Program-made: the position numbers and the translations under genes
Source of the DNA: Candidatus Omnitrophota bacterium
GTDB lineage: Bacteria > Omnitrophota > Gorgyraeia > Pluralincolimonadales > Pluralincolimonadaceae
NCBI GenBank assembly: GCA_041653595.1
Contig: JBAZFB010000001.1
Location: forward strand, 4,467-68,466
Direction: 5' to 3'
DNA: 64,000 bases
Notes under the pieces: generated by a model
Told to the model about the DNA's origin: nothing
What the model saw: only the letters and a program-made list of their open reading frames with translations
The model's database searches: none
Shown: positions 7,272 to 17,595 of the stretch, in pieces
How positions within the stretch are numbered: position 1 is the stretch's first letter
Layout of the letters: each line of letters starts with the position of its first letter

Positions 7272-9931
7272 TTACCCGCCTCATATTTCAATTCAATAGA
7301 ATTTGTTGCGGGTGTAATTATTACGCTCTTAAAACCGGGTAATCGGATATCGATCGGCGGTTCTTTCGCAAGCCATTGTCCGCGCCATTCGACAAGGATA
7401 TTTTCCCCTCGTAGTTTTATGGAAATTTGAATATCCCCAAAACTTGTCGGCGCGGGGCCAAACGCGATCGTCTGGTTTTTCTCCAGCCAGGCTCGCGGGA
7501 TCCCCGAACATAAAATTAATCGGTTGCCTTCTTCGCGCACAAAACAATTCCTTATCATTAAAACCCATTCCGCCGCGGCCCAGACATGCTGCCCGTCTCC
7601 CATACATCCCCCGCCTGTACGCGGATGTACCGACTCAGGCCATTGTCCTGTTGGCGAAGCCAATTTAGCCACTGCTGTCATCAAACCAAAATACCTGGGA
7701 TCACCTGCGCGCAAGAGCGCCTGTGATAAATGTAACGTAAGGTAAGGATTGATCCCTGAATGGGTCATGTCATGAAAAAAACCGCCGTGGACTAAACAAT
7801 TTTTCATTAAATAATCGGCTGTATCTAAGACCCTTGGATCGTTATGCTCAAAAACTCGAAGCGGATAGCTGGCGACCAAAGAGCCGATCGCTCCCGAATC
7901 TAAACGGCGATAAGGAGAGGCCGGTATCGCGGGTCTTTTTAAACGAACTTCTACTTTCTTTAAACTTTGATCTATGCTCTCCAATAATGCCTGCGATTCC
8001 GTTTCAAAATGAGCGGCCTCATCATTATCCTTATAAGCAGCGCACAAAAAGGCCGCTGCTTTCAATCCCGCAACCGCCCAAAAGTCATCCCAGTAATAAA
8101 AATCATTCGGCCCCAAATGCTCAGCGCTAAATCCGGACGGCAATAAACCTGCGTGAGGGTATGGCCCATTGGCGGGCAGTCGTTTTTTATAGATCCACTT
8201 GCCCGCTTTATAGATCGATTTTCCCCATTCTTTAGGCGGGAGATTTCCTGTCATCTCACAATACCGACGCATTATCCACAATGCCTCGCCGTTAGAATCC
8301 CATTCTCCTTCCTGAGAGAGGAAATAACCTTGGGCTGTCTGACGGGAGCGGAAACAATCCAATGAGCGCCGGACACGTTCCTTTAACCCGACGCATAGCA
8401 AACCATGTAATATAAAAGCGGCATCGCGAAACCAAAACCGCCGGTAAATATAAGGCCCGGGATAAACTTCCTTGGGAGAATGCAAAATCATGGTGCGGAT
8501 GGCAGCATCGTAAAGGAACTGAAAATCTTTATCGGGGATCTGCAATGAACACGCGCCCTGGAGGCTTTTCTTCCACGCAAGCTTCGCAGTTTCCCGGCGG
8601 CTGGAATAGGAATCTTTTTCAATTTTATTCTTAGTTAAAGGCACAGAAACGGTAATTTCTTGCGGTTCTCCCGCTTTCAATATAAAAATGGCCGCAGAGG
8701 TGGCCATGCCGACTTTACATGAAATTTCTTTTTCATCTTCCTTGGCTGACAAGCAGCTATAAACATCTCCTCGCTGATAATCTGAAAATACGCATCGATC
8801 CGGAGGTTTATCAAAATATACGAAGTTTTCTCGATTTACTTGCCAGCCTGACGAGCCTTCGAGGAGAGTAATATTATTTATAAAACTCACGCCTTCAGGG
8901 TTATAAGGCCTGAGAGAAACTACTAACTGCGCATTAACAGAAGCAGAACCTCTGATATTAACCTGGCAGATCGGCACTTCGGCTGAACCGGTAACTTGCG
9001 CATTTAATTGAAGCTTTAATTGCTCGAGACTGAATTCTGTAATCACGCAAAGATTGTCATCGAAACACAGTTTTTGCGATACATTTGGATTGCGCGACGG
9101 GATCAACGGGTCCCCCTCTTTTGGAATGATCCAAACATCAATAGACCAACCGTCATAACGGGGAGTAACAAGGCCGCAAGGATCTACAATAGGAAATTCG
9201 GTGCTGTCAGGAACGCCCAAAGCGGTCCAATTTCTATGTGTAAGATTAATTTGAGTTAATGAAAATGACCGCGGGATAAAGGCCTCGCACTCCGGATCAT
9301 ATTGGCATTCCACCCAATAAGGCCAGATCCAATCAAGGTTATGCTGAATGGCTATGCTATTGATCAGGCCCCGGGCATGCAAGACCACGCCTGAACGCAA
9401 TAGTTCAGTCGGAATCGCCACCTCTGAGGGTTGCGTGAAATTCTGTAATTGAGAAATAAATTTAATCGGGTCTAAAAACCCCCGCCGGCGCGCGACGGTC
9501 CTGACTATGAATTTTAACGGTGACCATTTCCATTGCGCAAAACTAAACTTTTCCTTCGATAAAGTCCTGAAAACCCACCATTTAAAACAAACAAAGGTAA
9601 ATATACCTGTTAATATCGTGGCAATGATCAAAGCTAAAAAAACAGCCCCGGGCCGCACATTGAGAATGGTTTGATTTGTAAAAACATTAATTCCCAAAGC
9701 TAAAAAATTAATCAGCGTATACCGGCCAACCTCAGCGTACGATTGTTGGTTGTGTTTAAACGTCCAAAATTTATTAAGCAAATACCCGACAATGCCCGCG
9801 CACGTAAAGGAAATCCCTTTAGATATGCTAAAAGACAAAAAATGAAATAAAATATAATAGACGCTAAAGTCTGTCGCATTGACGATAGTCCCTGCGATTA
9901 AAAACCGGATTATTTCTTTTTTAGTCTTCAT
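7268..9931 (-). CDS. Fusion of an N-terminal GtrA-like 4-TM domain to a large six-hairpin (alpha/alpha)6 glycoside-hydrolase-like domain (GDE_C, GH63 or GH15-like superfamily)
   Basis: N-terminal approx. 120 aa: IRFLIAGTIVNATDFSVYYILF…LLNKFWTFK, the GtrA pattern. C-terminal approx. 750 aa carry W-x-RD-xxF-type motifs (FWFRDAAFILHGLL) and GDGQHVWAAAEW. ATGA overlap with the downstream gene. Confidence 0.62.
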   Translation of the reverse strand: MKTKKEIIRFLIAGTIVNATDFSVYYILFHFLSFSISKGISFTCAGIVGYLLNKFWTFKHNQQSYAEVGRYTLINFLALGINVFTNQTILNVRPGAVFLALIIATILTGIFTFVCFKWWVFRTLSKEKFSFAQWKWSPLKFIVRTVARRRGFLDPIKFISQLQNFTQPSEVAIPTELLRSGVVLHARGLINSIAIQHNLDWIWPYWVECQYDPECEAFIPRSFSLTQINLTHRNWTALGVPDSTEFPIVDPCGLVTPRYDGWSIDVWIIPKEGDPLIPSRNPNVSQKLCFDDNLCVITEFSLEQLKLQLNAQVTGSAEVPICQVNIRGSASVNAQLVVSLRPYNPEGVSFINNITLLEGSSGWQVNRENFVYFDKPPDRCVFSDYQRGDVYSCLSAKEDEKEISCKVGMATSAAIFILKAGEPQEITVSVPLTKNKIEKDSYSSRRETAKLAWKKSLQGACSLQIPDKDFQFLYDAAIRTMILHSPKEVYPGPYIYRRFWFRDAAFILHGLLCVGLKERVRRSLDCFRSRQTAQGYFLSQEGEWDSNGEALWIMRRYCEMTGNLPPKEWGKSIYKAGKWIYKKRLPANGPYPHAGLLPSGFSAEHLGPNDFYYWDDFWAVAGLKAAAFLCAAYKDNDEAAHFETESQALLESIDQSLKKVEVRLKRPAIPASPYRRLDSGAIGSLVASYPLRVFEHNDPRVLDTADYLMKNCLVHGGFFHDMTHSGINPYLTLHLSQALLRAGDPRYFGLMTAVAKLASPTGQWPESVHPRTGGGCMGDGQHVWAAAEWVLMIRNCFVREEGNRLILCSGIPRAWLEKNQTIAFGPAPTSFGDIQISIKLRGENILVEWRGQWLAKEPPIDIRLPGFKSVIITPATNSIELKYEAGK

Positions 9932-10030
9932 ATCAGTTTTAAAGGGAATTCCTCCTTATGGCCGTCATAATACCGCCGAACGCCCCCGCGAATCATTGCC
10001 GGGGGGCGTTCGTGAGAATCTAGTCCTCAG

Positions 10031-10201
10031 CTATTTCTTTTTGCCGAGAAAAAAATACAGCACCATGCCGATAACGGGCAAAAAGAGTATCAGGATGATC
10101 CATAATGCCTTTTTGCCTGTCTCCATTGAACTTTTTACTGCATCAAGGATGGCAATAATATCTAGAACCAAAACAACTAGCCCTACTAGCATGCTTCCCA
10201 T
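10031..10201 (-). CDS. Small (56-aa) membrane protein with a PLDc_N-like domain; absent from the supplied ORF track because it is shorter than 60 aa
   Basis: A GGAGGA ribosome-binding site is followed by ATG. The translation MGSMLVGLVVLVLDIIAILDAVKSSMETGKKALWIILILFLPVIGMVLYFFLGKKK fits the PLDc_N (cardiolipin-synthase N-terminal) family pattern. Confidence 0.5.
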   Translation of the reverse strand: MGSMLVGLVVLVLDIIAILDAVKSSMETGKKALWIILILFLPVIGMVLYFFLGKKK

Positions 10202-10257
10202 GCGTCCTCCTTTTCCGTCTGCCGATAGGCAGACTTTATTTCCTTAGGTATAGTAAG

Positions 10258-11472
10258 CTATTTTCCCTCCGCCACAAGCCCGGGCGGAGCCTTGTGCCAC
10301 TTATACCCTTCTATCGCGTCATCATATCCGCGCTCAAAGAGCCTCTTCATTTCCTGCTTATCGAACATCTCCTGTTGATTAGGCTTAAAATCTTCCGGAA
10401 TATACGCTAAATTGTAATCCCATCCTTTTTCCTTCGCGAATGAGTATAGATTGTACGTGTCCCCGCCCATTTTTGACGCTGTGGCGGTCTCGATCAGGCG
10501 CGAGGTTATCGCAGTCAGATTGTCTTCCACCTGTTTCGAGTGCGGCGACATATAACAACAATTCAGGATATATAACCGCGTTCTGAATCCCTTGGGATCG
10601 ATCCCGGAAGATCGCGCCGCGGATCCCGCGCCTTCCAATAACGGATAAATATAAAAAACCCCTCCGATGACCCCGCCATCGGCATGCATCTCGTCATAGC
10701 GCCTGCCGCCGGCTTCGACTTGAAAATAGACCGGAGGAAGCATAGCCGGATACGAGCATGAGGCCAGGATTATTTTGCGGAATACCTTCACCGAATCCGG
10801 GCCTCCTTTGGATGCAAGCGCTCCCATATCCCATATAACAAACTCCTGAGCATCAAGATCCGAGGTCCCCACATATAGCCTGCGCCCCTTCGCATGCTCT
10901 TTGGCGATCTTCGCCATCAGATCCTCATTTACCATATCATCTATCTTTTTAGAGAACAGGGATGAGCTGTTCACGGAATTTCCGAATAGGATGCTAAAGA
11001 TGCCCTTTTGTTTCACCACGTCTTTGGTCGATATCGAGGTAAACAGGTCCGCAAGCTGGTCTTCAGATTCTTTTCCTGAAAACACGGCAATGGCTAGGAG
11101 CGACCCGCTTGAGTAGCCTGTAACTATTTTAAATACCGGCCGGGAGCCTTCCTTTGACCACCCTCTCAATAACCCTATACCGTAGGCGCTGTTCGATACG
11201 CCGCCTCCGATAATGAGCGCGGGATAGGTCTTTATACCGTCAACCATATAGTCCGATTTACCTTCTTCTTTAAACGAATCTGCCAGGCTTTTCCGCATAA
11301 AGAGAGAATCGGCCTTATACGTATAGTAGCGTAGATCCGGCATACCGACAACGACGGCCTTCCCGACAAGATTTTCCGGTACGGCATGCCGCACATGGGC
11401 GCAACCTGATGATGCCAGGAAGCAGGATATTGTCACCAGCGCATAAATAACCTTACGATATCGACTCTTCAT
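10258..11472 (-). CDS. Patatin-like phospholipase, lipoprotein
   Basis: GGGVSNSAYGIGLLRG oxyanion motif, GYSSGS (GxSxG), a DGG catalytic Asp, and a lipobox LASSGC. Confidence 0.85.
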   Translation of the reverse strand: MKSRYRKVIYALVTISCFLASSGCAHVRHAVPENLVGKAVVVGMPDLRYYTYKADSLFMRKSLADSFKEEGKSDYMVDGIKTYPALIIGGGVSNSAYGIGLLRGWSKEGSRPVFKIVTGYSSGSLLAIAVFSGKESEDQLADLFTSISTKDVVKQKGIFSILFGNSVNSSSLFSKKIDDMVNEDLMAKIAKEHAKGRRLYVGTSDLDAQEFVIWDMGALASKGGPDSVKVFRKIILASCSYPAMLPPVYFQVEAGGRRYDEMHADGGVIGGVFYIYPLLEGAGSAARSSGIDPKGFRTRLYILNCCYMSPHSKQVEDNLTAITSRLIETATASKMGGDTYNLYSFAKEKGWDYNLAYIPEDFKPNQQEMFDKQEMKRLFERGYDDAIEGYKWHKAPPGLVAEGK

Positions 11473-11479
11473 AATTCTC

Positions 11480-12874
11480 CTATGGGATCATTATTCCCGA
11501 ACGGATGATTTCTGCGAATTTTTCTGACGATGGCCGTATTATTCGTTCCTGCGTCGTATAGTCCACCCCTATCAACCCAAATCGCGGGACAAACCCTTCG
11601 TTCCATTCATAATTATCCAAGAGCGACCAATAAAGATAACCGATGACAGGGGCCCCCTCTTCCATCGCCTGCGCCACAGCCTTAAGATGCTCTACGATAA
11701 ATGCCACACGCTCGGTATCATCGTTGGTAGTAATCCCGTTTTCTGAAACCAAAAGGGGCAATTTGTACCGCGAAAATTCTTTAAGGAACATATACAATCC
11801 CTTCGGATAAATTTCCCATGAAAGAAAATTATATTTACCTGAATGACGGAACTGTTCTGCGGCTTCGCGCGCATTACCTGAAATTTCCGGGAATCCAAAC
11901 CCGCGGCTGGTGACAAAAACCCGCGTGTAATAATTCAAACCTATAAAATCCAGGGTTTTTCCTCTCGGCAAGTGAACATAGAAAAATCCTAAAATACAGG
12001 CTCTTCCCTGTACCAAAGCCTGGACAAATAATCGGTTAAACATCAAATCGCAAGAACCTGTCGCAACCCGGTCCATTAACGAATAGCCCGATGAAGCCTG
12101 GAATACGAGCACGCTTTGGGCAATCCCGACCATAGGCACTTCCCAGCCTTTTTGAGCATAGGTCTCTTTGATCTTTTCATACGCCAGGACATGCCCCAGA
12201 AGTAAATTTTTGAAAACTTTTAATGTTTTATCCGTTGATTTTTCTCCCGGCGGCCATTCGCCGCTCATATATCCCCTGAAGGCGTGGACAACCGGCTCAT
12301 TCAGCGTTATCCAATAATGGACATCGCCTCCGAGAGCATCGGTCACTTTCTGGGCGTATCTGGCAAATAGTTCCGGGGTCTTCTCTGAAAGCCACCCTCC
12401 CTGGTGCGCCAGCCATACGGGAACTGTAAAATGATACAAAGTCACAACAGGCTCTATCCCCTTTGACTTAAGCGAATTGATGACCTCGCGATAATGATCC
12501 AAGGCAGAGGCGTCAAATTGGCCTTCCCGGGGCTCAATGCGGCTCCATTCAATGGAGAAACGGTGGGCTGTGTGTCCTAAAGTCTGGGCAAGCTTAAAAT
12601 CCTCTTCAAAACGGTTCCATTGGTCGCACGCCTGGCCTGAACGAGTTACCGGGGGCCGGGTTTGTTCCCACTCCCACCAATCATTATTAGTATTATTCCC
12701 CTCGACCTGGTGAGAGGAGGTGGAAGCTCCCCATATAAAATCTTTCGGAAATGTAAACTTGTGCGGTACCGTTTTTGTTATTGCCGTTTTATTGATACCG
12801 GCACATCCGCTAAGAAGAAAAACAATCAGCGCGAGGACAATAGAACAACGGCTTTTTTTCGAATGAATTCGCAT
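11480..12874 (-). CDS. GH1 beta-glucosidase, lipoprotein; catalytically intact paralog
   Basis: TFPKDFIWGASTSSHQVEG, ITLNEP (acid/base) and LLVSENG (nucleophile) are all present, plus a lipobox LLSGCAG. Confidence 0.9.
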   Translation of the reverse strand: MRIHSKKSRCSIVLALIVFLLSGCAGINKTAITKTVPHKFTFPKDFIWGASTSSHQVEGNNTNNDWWEWEQTRPPVTRSGQACDQWNRFEEDFKLAQTLGHTAHRFSIEWSRIEPREGQFDASALDHYREVINSLKSKGIEPVVTLYHFTVPVWLAHQGGWLSEKTPELFARYAQKVTDALGGDVHYWITLNEPVVHAFRGYMSGEWPPGEKSTDKTLKVFKNLLLGHVLAYEKIKETYAQKGWEVPMVGIAQSVLVFQASSGYSLMDRVATGSCDLMFNRLFVQALVQGRACILGFFYVHLPRGKTLDFIGLNYYTRVFVTSRGFGFPEISGNAREAAEQFRHSGKYNFLSWEIYPKGLYMFLKEFSRYKLPLLVSENGITTNDDTERVAFIVEHLKAVAQAMEEGAPVIGYLYWSLLDNYEWNEGFVPRFGLIGVDYTTQERIIRPSSEKFAEIIRSGIMIP

Positions 12875-12906
12875 ATTGACCTTAACCTACCCCCTGCGTA
12901 TCTTCT

Positions 12907-13101
12907 TTATTTTCGAATTAAACCTAAAAACCCGACTATGGCAGCAGCAAATCCGCCGATCAGTAGCCATAGCGCCTTATCTGTAGGCGCACCCGTGAAA
13001 AAGCGCGAGACGTCGGAACTTGCTGAGTGGTAGGCGCTAAACCCAAAAACTAGCAAGATAATCCCTGCGACCAGAAGTGCGGCTGATGCACCCTTATTCA
13101 T
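12907..13101 (-). CDS. Small two-TM membrane protein (DUF3185-like)
   Basis: 64 aa with two hydrophobic helices separated by a short polar loop. Confidence 0.4.
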   Translation of the reverse strand: MNKGASAALLVAGIILLVFGFSAYHSASSDVSRFFTGAPTDKALWLLIGGFAAAIVGFLGLIRK

Positions 13102-13290
13102 ATATCCTCCTATTGTTTGTTTCCTGCTTTTGCAATAATTTTACCACTTTCCTGGAGATAAAACAATTGCGAGATTCCGTATTTTTCTGACTTTTTTCTA
13201 CTATAGAAATAAGTCAACAAAAAGAGGAATCCGCCAATTTACAAAATACAGGTTTCAGGTATACTTATAATCAGATAAAGGAGGTGCACC

Positions 13291-13947
13291 ATGTTTAGCC
13301 GTAAGGGAATGGTTTTGGCGGGGATTTTGAGTGCAGTCTTAATTTTCGTATTCGCGCGATCCGGGTTTTGCGTAACGGCGCCCGGTACGGACAAGGTGCG
13401 TCAAGTCTCGGGAGAGATCGTGTGGATCGACCTCAAACAAGGTACATTGCAACTTAGGCAGGAGGGAAACCGCAAAAAAGCGGTTGAGTACAGGATCAAC
13501 GCGCATGACACGTTTGTTACCGATCCGGCGCGCAAGGAATTCCTCACGCTGAACGACCTGCGTGTAGGCCAGGATGTAACATTAGAGCTTCCCGCCGTCC
13601 GCGACTGGAAGATCGTCAGTAAGATAATCGCCGAACCCTTGCCTGTCTTCGAAATAGTTACGGGGGATGTCGTAGCTATAGATACGGAAACAGGGATGAT
13701 GACCTTGCAGGTAATAGGCCGGGGACAGAACGAAGTGTCATATTTCGTATTTCAGCCGGATGATATCTACTATATGAAGAGCCCGAGCAAAGAACCCGTG
13801 CACCTGCAGGTCAAGCGAGGGGACAGGGTAAAAGTTGAATTCCTGCCGGATAGCGGAAAACAGCGCGCGCACTATATAACGCTGATGCCTGCTCCGGCGG
13901 CGGGGTCTACCACGACTACAACGACGACGACTACAACGGTTAAATAA
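13291..13947 (+). CDS. Secreted hypothetical protein with an internal duplicated module and a C-terminal deca-threonine tail
   Basis: A signal peptide, a ribosome-binding site AAAGGAGG before the ATG, two similar segments (GEIVWIDLKQGTLQL and GDVVAIDTETGMMTLQV), and a C-terminus …AAGSTTTTTTTTTTVK. Confidence 0.55.
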   Translation: MFSRKGMVLAGILSAVLIFVFARSGFCVTAPGTDKVRQVSGEIVWIDLKQGTLQLRQEGNRKKAVEYRINAHDTFVTDPARKEFLTLNDLRVGQDVTLELPAVRDWKIVSKIIAEPLPVFEIVTGDVVAIDTETGMMTLQVIGRGQNEVSYFVFQPDDIYYMKSPSKEPVHLQVKRGDRVKVEFLPDSGKQRAHYITLMPAPAAGSTTTTTTTTTTVK

Positions 13948-13981
13948 CCTTACAAACAATTTGCAGAACAGAAGAAATAAT

Positions 13982-14014
13982 AAATCCCTCAACAGTCAAC
14001 CTGTTGAGGGATTT
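13982..14014 (-). terminator. Rho-independent terminator (14-bp stem AAATCCCTCAACAG/CTGTTGAGGGATTT) after the lmo0937-type gene; it may also serve the convergent plus-strand gene
   Basis: Perfect inverted repeat; on the minus strand the stem is followed by TTATTATTTCTT. Confidence 0.6.
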
Positions 14015-14026
14015 ATTACGCGGCTA

Positions 14027-14828
<802 letters not shown>

Positions 14829-14859
14829 TATTCCTCCTTTGTTAGGGTTACTCTCCTTA

Positions 14860-17595
14860 TTATATGCTCCGTTTCCCCTTGAGCTTTATAACCTCTTCCC
14901 TTATGCCAAAGGCTATTGCCTCATATTCATCTTTGACCCCCGATCTTAGCCCCTCTTTCATGAGCTCGCCAAAATCAAAAGGCCTTCCAAAAGTTACTTT
15001 GATCGGATGAGGCCTCGGAAGCGGCTTTGTCCTCGGCCAGGATTCGTATGAACCCGTCATTAATACGGGAACCAGAGGGACATTCAGCTCTTTCGCCAAT
15101 ATCCCGACCCCTTTTTTGAATTCCTTAATATTTCCGTCGATAGTCCTTTGGCCCTCCGGGAAAATACAGATTATCTTGTCATTTCGAAGAACATAAGAAG
15201 ATGCCTGCATAGCTTCCACGAAGTGCATACCCGGATCGATGGGAATGACCCTGATATATTTTACGATATTTCTGATTAAGAACTGTTCGAAATAGGCCCT
15301 GAAACCTACGAAGAAAAGACTCTTTCGTAAACTCGCAGGCATAGAAGCCTCAATGATAAACGCGTCCAGGTAACTGCCGTGGTTGACGCACAGGATGCAC
15401 TTTCCCGTTCTCGGGATATTTTCTGTCCCGAAAACCTCAAGCCGCCAGATCACCCTGAAGACAAGGCGTAAAATTTCAGAGAATAGCAGCATCCCTAAAA
15501 TTGCCATCCGGTTCGGCGCCAGATTGACCTTTTTTATTATATCTTCGGCGGGTTTTTCATTTAAGATCTCATTCCATAGAGCGCGGCTCTTGACCTGCGG
15601 AATGAGCTCTCCCTGGACCCCTTCACCCGGGACCAGCCTCTCTATCCCGAGAATAAGTTCTTTAACGGTAGAGGCCTTAGCCATTACCTCATCCGGTATG
15701 GTAATGTTAAGCGCCTGCTCCAACATCACCATCAGCTCCACGCGGCCCAGCGAATCGATACCTAGATCTAATTCCAGATGATCGGCCGGGGATATCCCCC
15801 TTTTTAACTTCGCATGTTTATTAAGGGCTTCTATTATCCTGCTGCTGACACCGGAAGAGAGCAACCTGAGGTCCTCATCTGTAGCGGGAATTTCCTCCGC
15901 CGCGCCGTCTAATTTTATACCTTTAAGCTCATCCAGATATTTTTTCTTAACTTCATATCTTTTTATCTTGCCTAACCGCGTGCGCGGTATGCCCTCCTTT
16001 ACAATAATAAAGCCCTTGATGCGTTTGTAGGGAGCAAGTCCTTCAGACAGGTTTTCCAGCTCCCACCTGATCGTACTGTTAAGATCGACCTCTCCCTTCT
16101 CGCGGCAATAGTCAGCGTCAGGCACCACTACGGCGGACAGCCTCTCTTCCTCCGTTCCGCCGACGCCAAGGACGCATATTTCTTTAATGTAAGGGCTCTT
16201 GGTATAATGGGATTCTACCTCTTCGGGATAGATGTTTTTCCCGGAGCTTAAAACAATTATCTCTTTCTTCCTACCTGTAATATAAAGATAGCCGTCCTTG
16301 TCTATACGGCCAAGGTCGCCGGAGTAAAACCAGCCGTCCTTTAAAACGCTCGAGGTCTCGTCCGCCCGTTTATAGTAGCCTTTCATGACATTGGGGCCTT
16401 TGATCACCACCTCGCCCATACCCGCTGCGTCGGGACTGTCAATTTTCAATTCCACATCCGGGATCACTCTGCCGACAGAACCGATCTTCGGCTTCTTTAA
16501 CGGGTTGAAAGCTACTACTGGCGATGTTTCGGTAAGTCCGTATCCTTCAAGTATAGTGAAACCTATTTTCACAAGGAATCTCGCCGCTTCTTCATTTAAC
16601 TTTGCGCCGCCGCAGGCAAAAAATCTTAAAGCCCGCCCGAATGGCCGGTGTATTGCCGGCAGGGCAAACCTGCTTAAATTTATTCCGCTAAACCTTCTTA
16701 TTAGCCATAATATCTCTATCAGCCCTAAAAGAGGCATCCTTAACATAAACGGTATCTTCTTTATCTTATCCGATATACTCATATAAAACAGGGAAATGAG
16801 CTGCGGCACGCCTACCAATACCGTTACCCCTGCCTCCCTCATCCGGTCCAGCAATTCATCGCTCCTAATGCTCGAAGTATACGTGACCCCCGCGCGGCAG
16901 AAAAGAGGCGTGATCAGCGTGATCATAAATGGGTAGGCGTGATGCAACGGCAATATCGATATGAAAATATCCTTATCCGAGAAGAGTTTCAGCTTGTCGA
17001 TACTTTGAAAATCAGAGTAAATATTCTCATGCGTGAGCATCACCCCTTTTGGCTTATCGGTGGTGCCTGATGTATAGATAAGCGAAGCGATATCTTCGGA
17101 AAGGACCTCGGGCCATGCGGCGCCTTCAGATGAAGTAAGTTTTACCTGAGACAGGCCTATAAGGTTATCCTTTTGAATATCAAGGTCCAGGATGACGATC
17201 TTGTCCAGCCCTGACTTTATCTTATTAATATTTTTCGCCTGAAAAACGGCATAGGAGACAAATATGACCTTTGCGGCGCAGTCATTGATGAGATTTCCTA
17301 TCTCTTGTTCGGTCAGCTGCGGATCTAAAGGAACGCAGGTAAGGCCCGCAGCCATTATGCCTAAATAGATCACCGCCCATTCCGGACGGTTCTCTAAACA
17401 TATAGCCGCGAAGTCCCCCTTCTTAAAACCCTCTTTAATAAGAAACGCGCCTATCCTCAGGGAGAGGTCTTCTGTTTGCCCATATGTCCATCTCTCCCAG
17501 GCAGGGCCTTTTTTTATCTGAAGGCACACCCTGTCTGAAAACCGGGAAGAAATTTGGGCAAATATCTTATGGATGACCATATCTTCCTTTTTCAT
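14860..17595 (-). CDS. Tri-domain acyl-activating enzyme (AMP-binding)–ACP–PlsC-type acyltransferase (Aas-like but self-contained)
   Basis: AMP-binding motif [16 protein letters not shown]; carrier motif [15 protein letters not shown]; PlsC motifs VNHGSYLD and FPEGQRT. The start was set at MKKEDM, whose ATG overlaps the TGA of the upstream hydrolase (ATGA at 17592-17595). Confidence 0.85.
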   Translation of the reverse strand: MKKEDMVIHKIFAQISSRFSDRVCLQIKKGPAWERWTYGQTEDLSLRIGAFLIKEGFKKGDFAAICLENRPEWAVIYLGIMAAGLTCVPLDPQLTEQEIGNLINDCAAKVIFVSYAVFQAKNINKIKSGLDKIVILDLDIQKDNLIGLSQVKLTSSEGAAWPEVLSEDIASLIYTSGTTDKPKGVMLTHENIYSDFQSIDKLKLFSDKDIFISILPLHHAYPFMITLITPLFCRAGVTYTSSIRSDELLDRMREAGVTVLVGVPQLISLFYMSISDKIKKIPFMLRMPLLGLIEILWLIRRFSGINLSRFALPAIHRPFGRALRFFACGGAKLNEEAARFLVKIGFTILEGYGLTETSPVVAFNPLKKPKIGSVGRVIPDVELKIDSPDAAGMGEVVIKGPNVMKGYYKRADETSSVLKDGWFYSGDLGRIDKDGYLYITGRKKEIIVLSSGKNIYPEEVESHYTKSPYIKEICVLGVGGTEEERLSAVVVPDADYCREKGEVDLNSTIRWELENLSEGLAPYKRIKGFIIVKEGIPRTRLGKIKRYEVKKKYLDELKGIKLDGAAEEIPATDEDLRLLSSGVSSRIIEALNKHAKLKRGISPADHLELDLGIDSLGRVELMVMLEQALNITIPDEVMAKASTVKELILGIERLVPGEGVQGELIPQVKSRALWNEILNEKPAEDIIKKVNLAPNRMAILGMLLFSEILRLVFRVIWRLEVFGTENIPRTGKCILCVNHGSYLDAFIIEASMPASLRKSLFFVGFRAYFEQFLIRNIVKYIRVIPIDPGMHFVEAMQASSYVLRNDKIICIFPEGQRTIDGNIKEFKKGVGILAKELNVPLVPVLMTGSYESWPRTKPLPRPHPIKVTFGRPFDFGELMKEGLRSGVKDEYEAIAFGIREEVIKLKGKRSI

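Noticed and set aside
9879-10247. 122-aa plus-strand ORF in the gap between the patatin gene and the GtrA-fusion gene
   Set aside because: The minus strand here encodes a ribosome-binding-site-preceded PLDc_N mini-protein that fits a known family. The plus-strand ORF has no motifs and overlaps the GtrA-fusion start.
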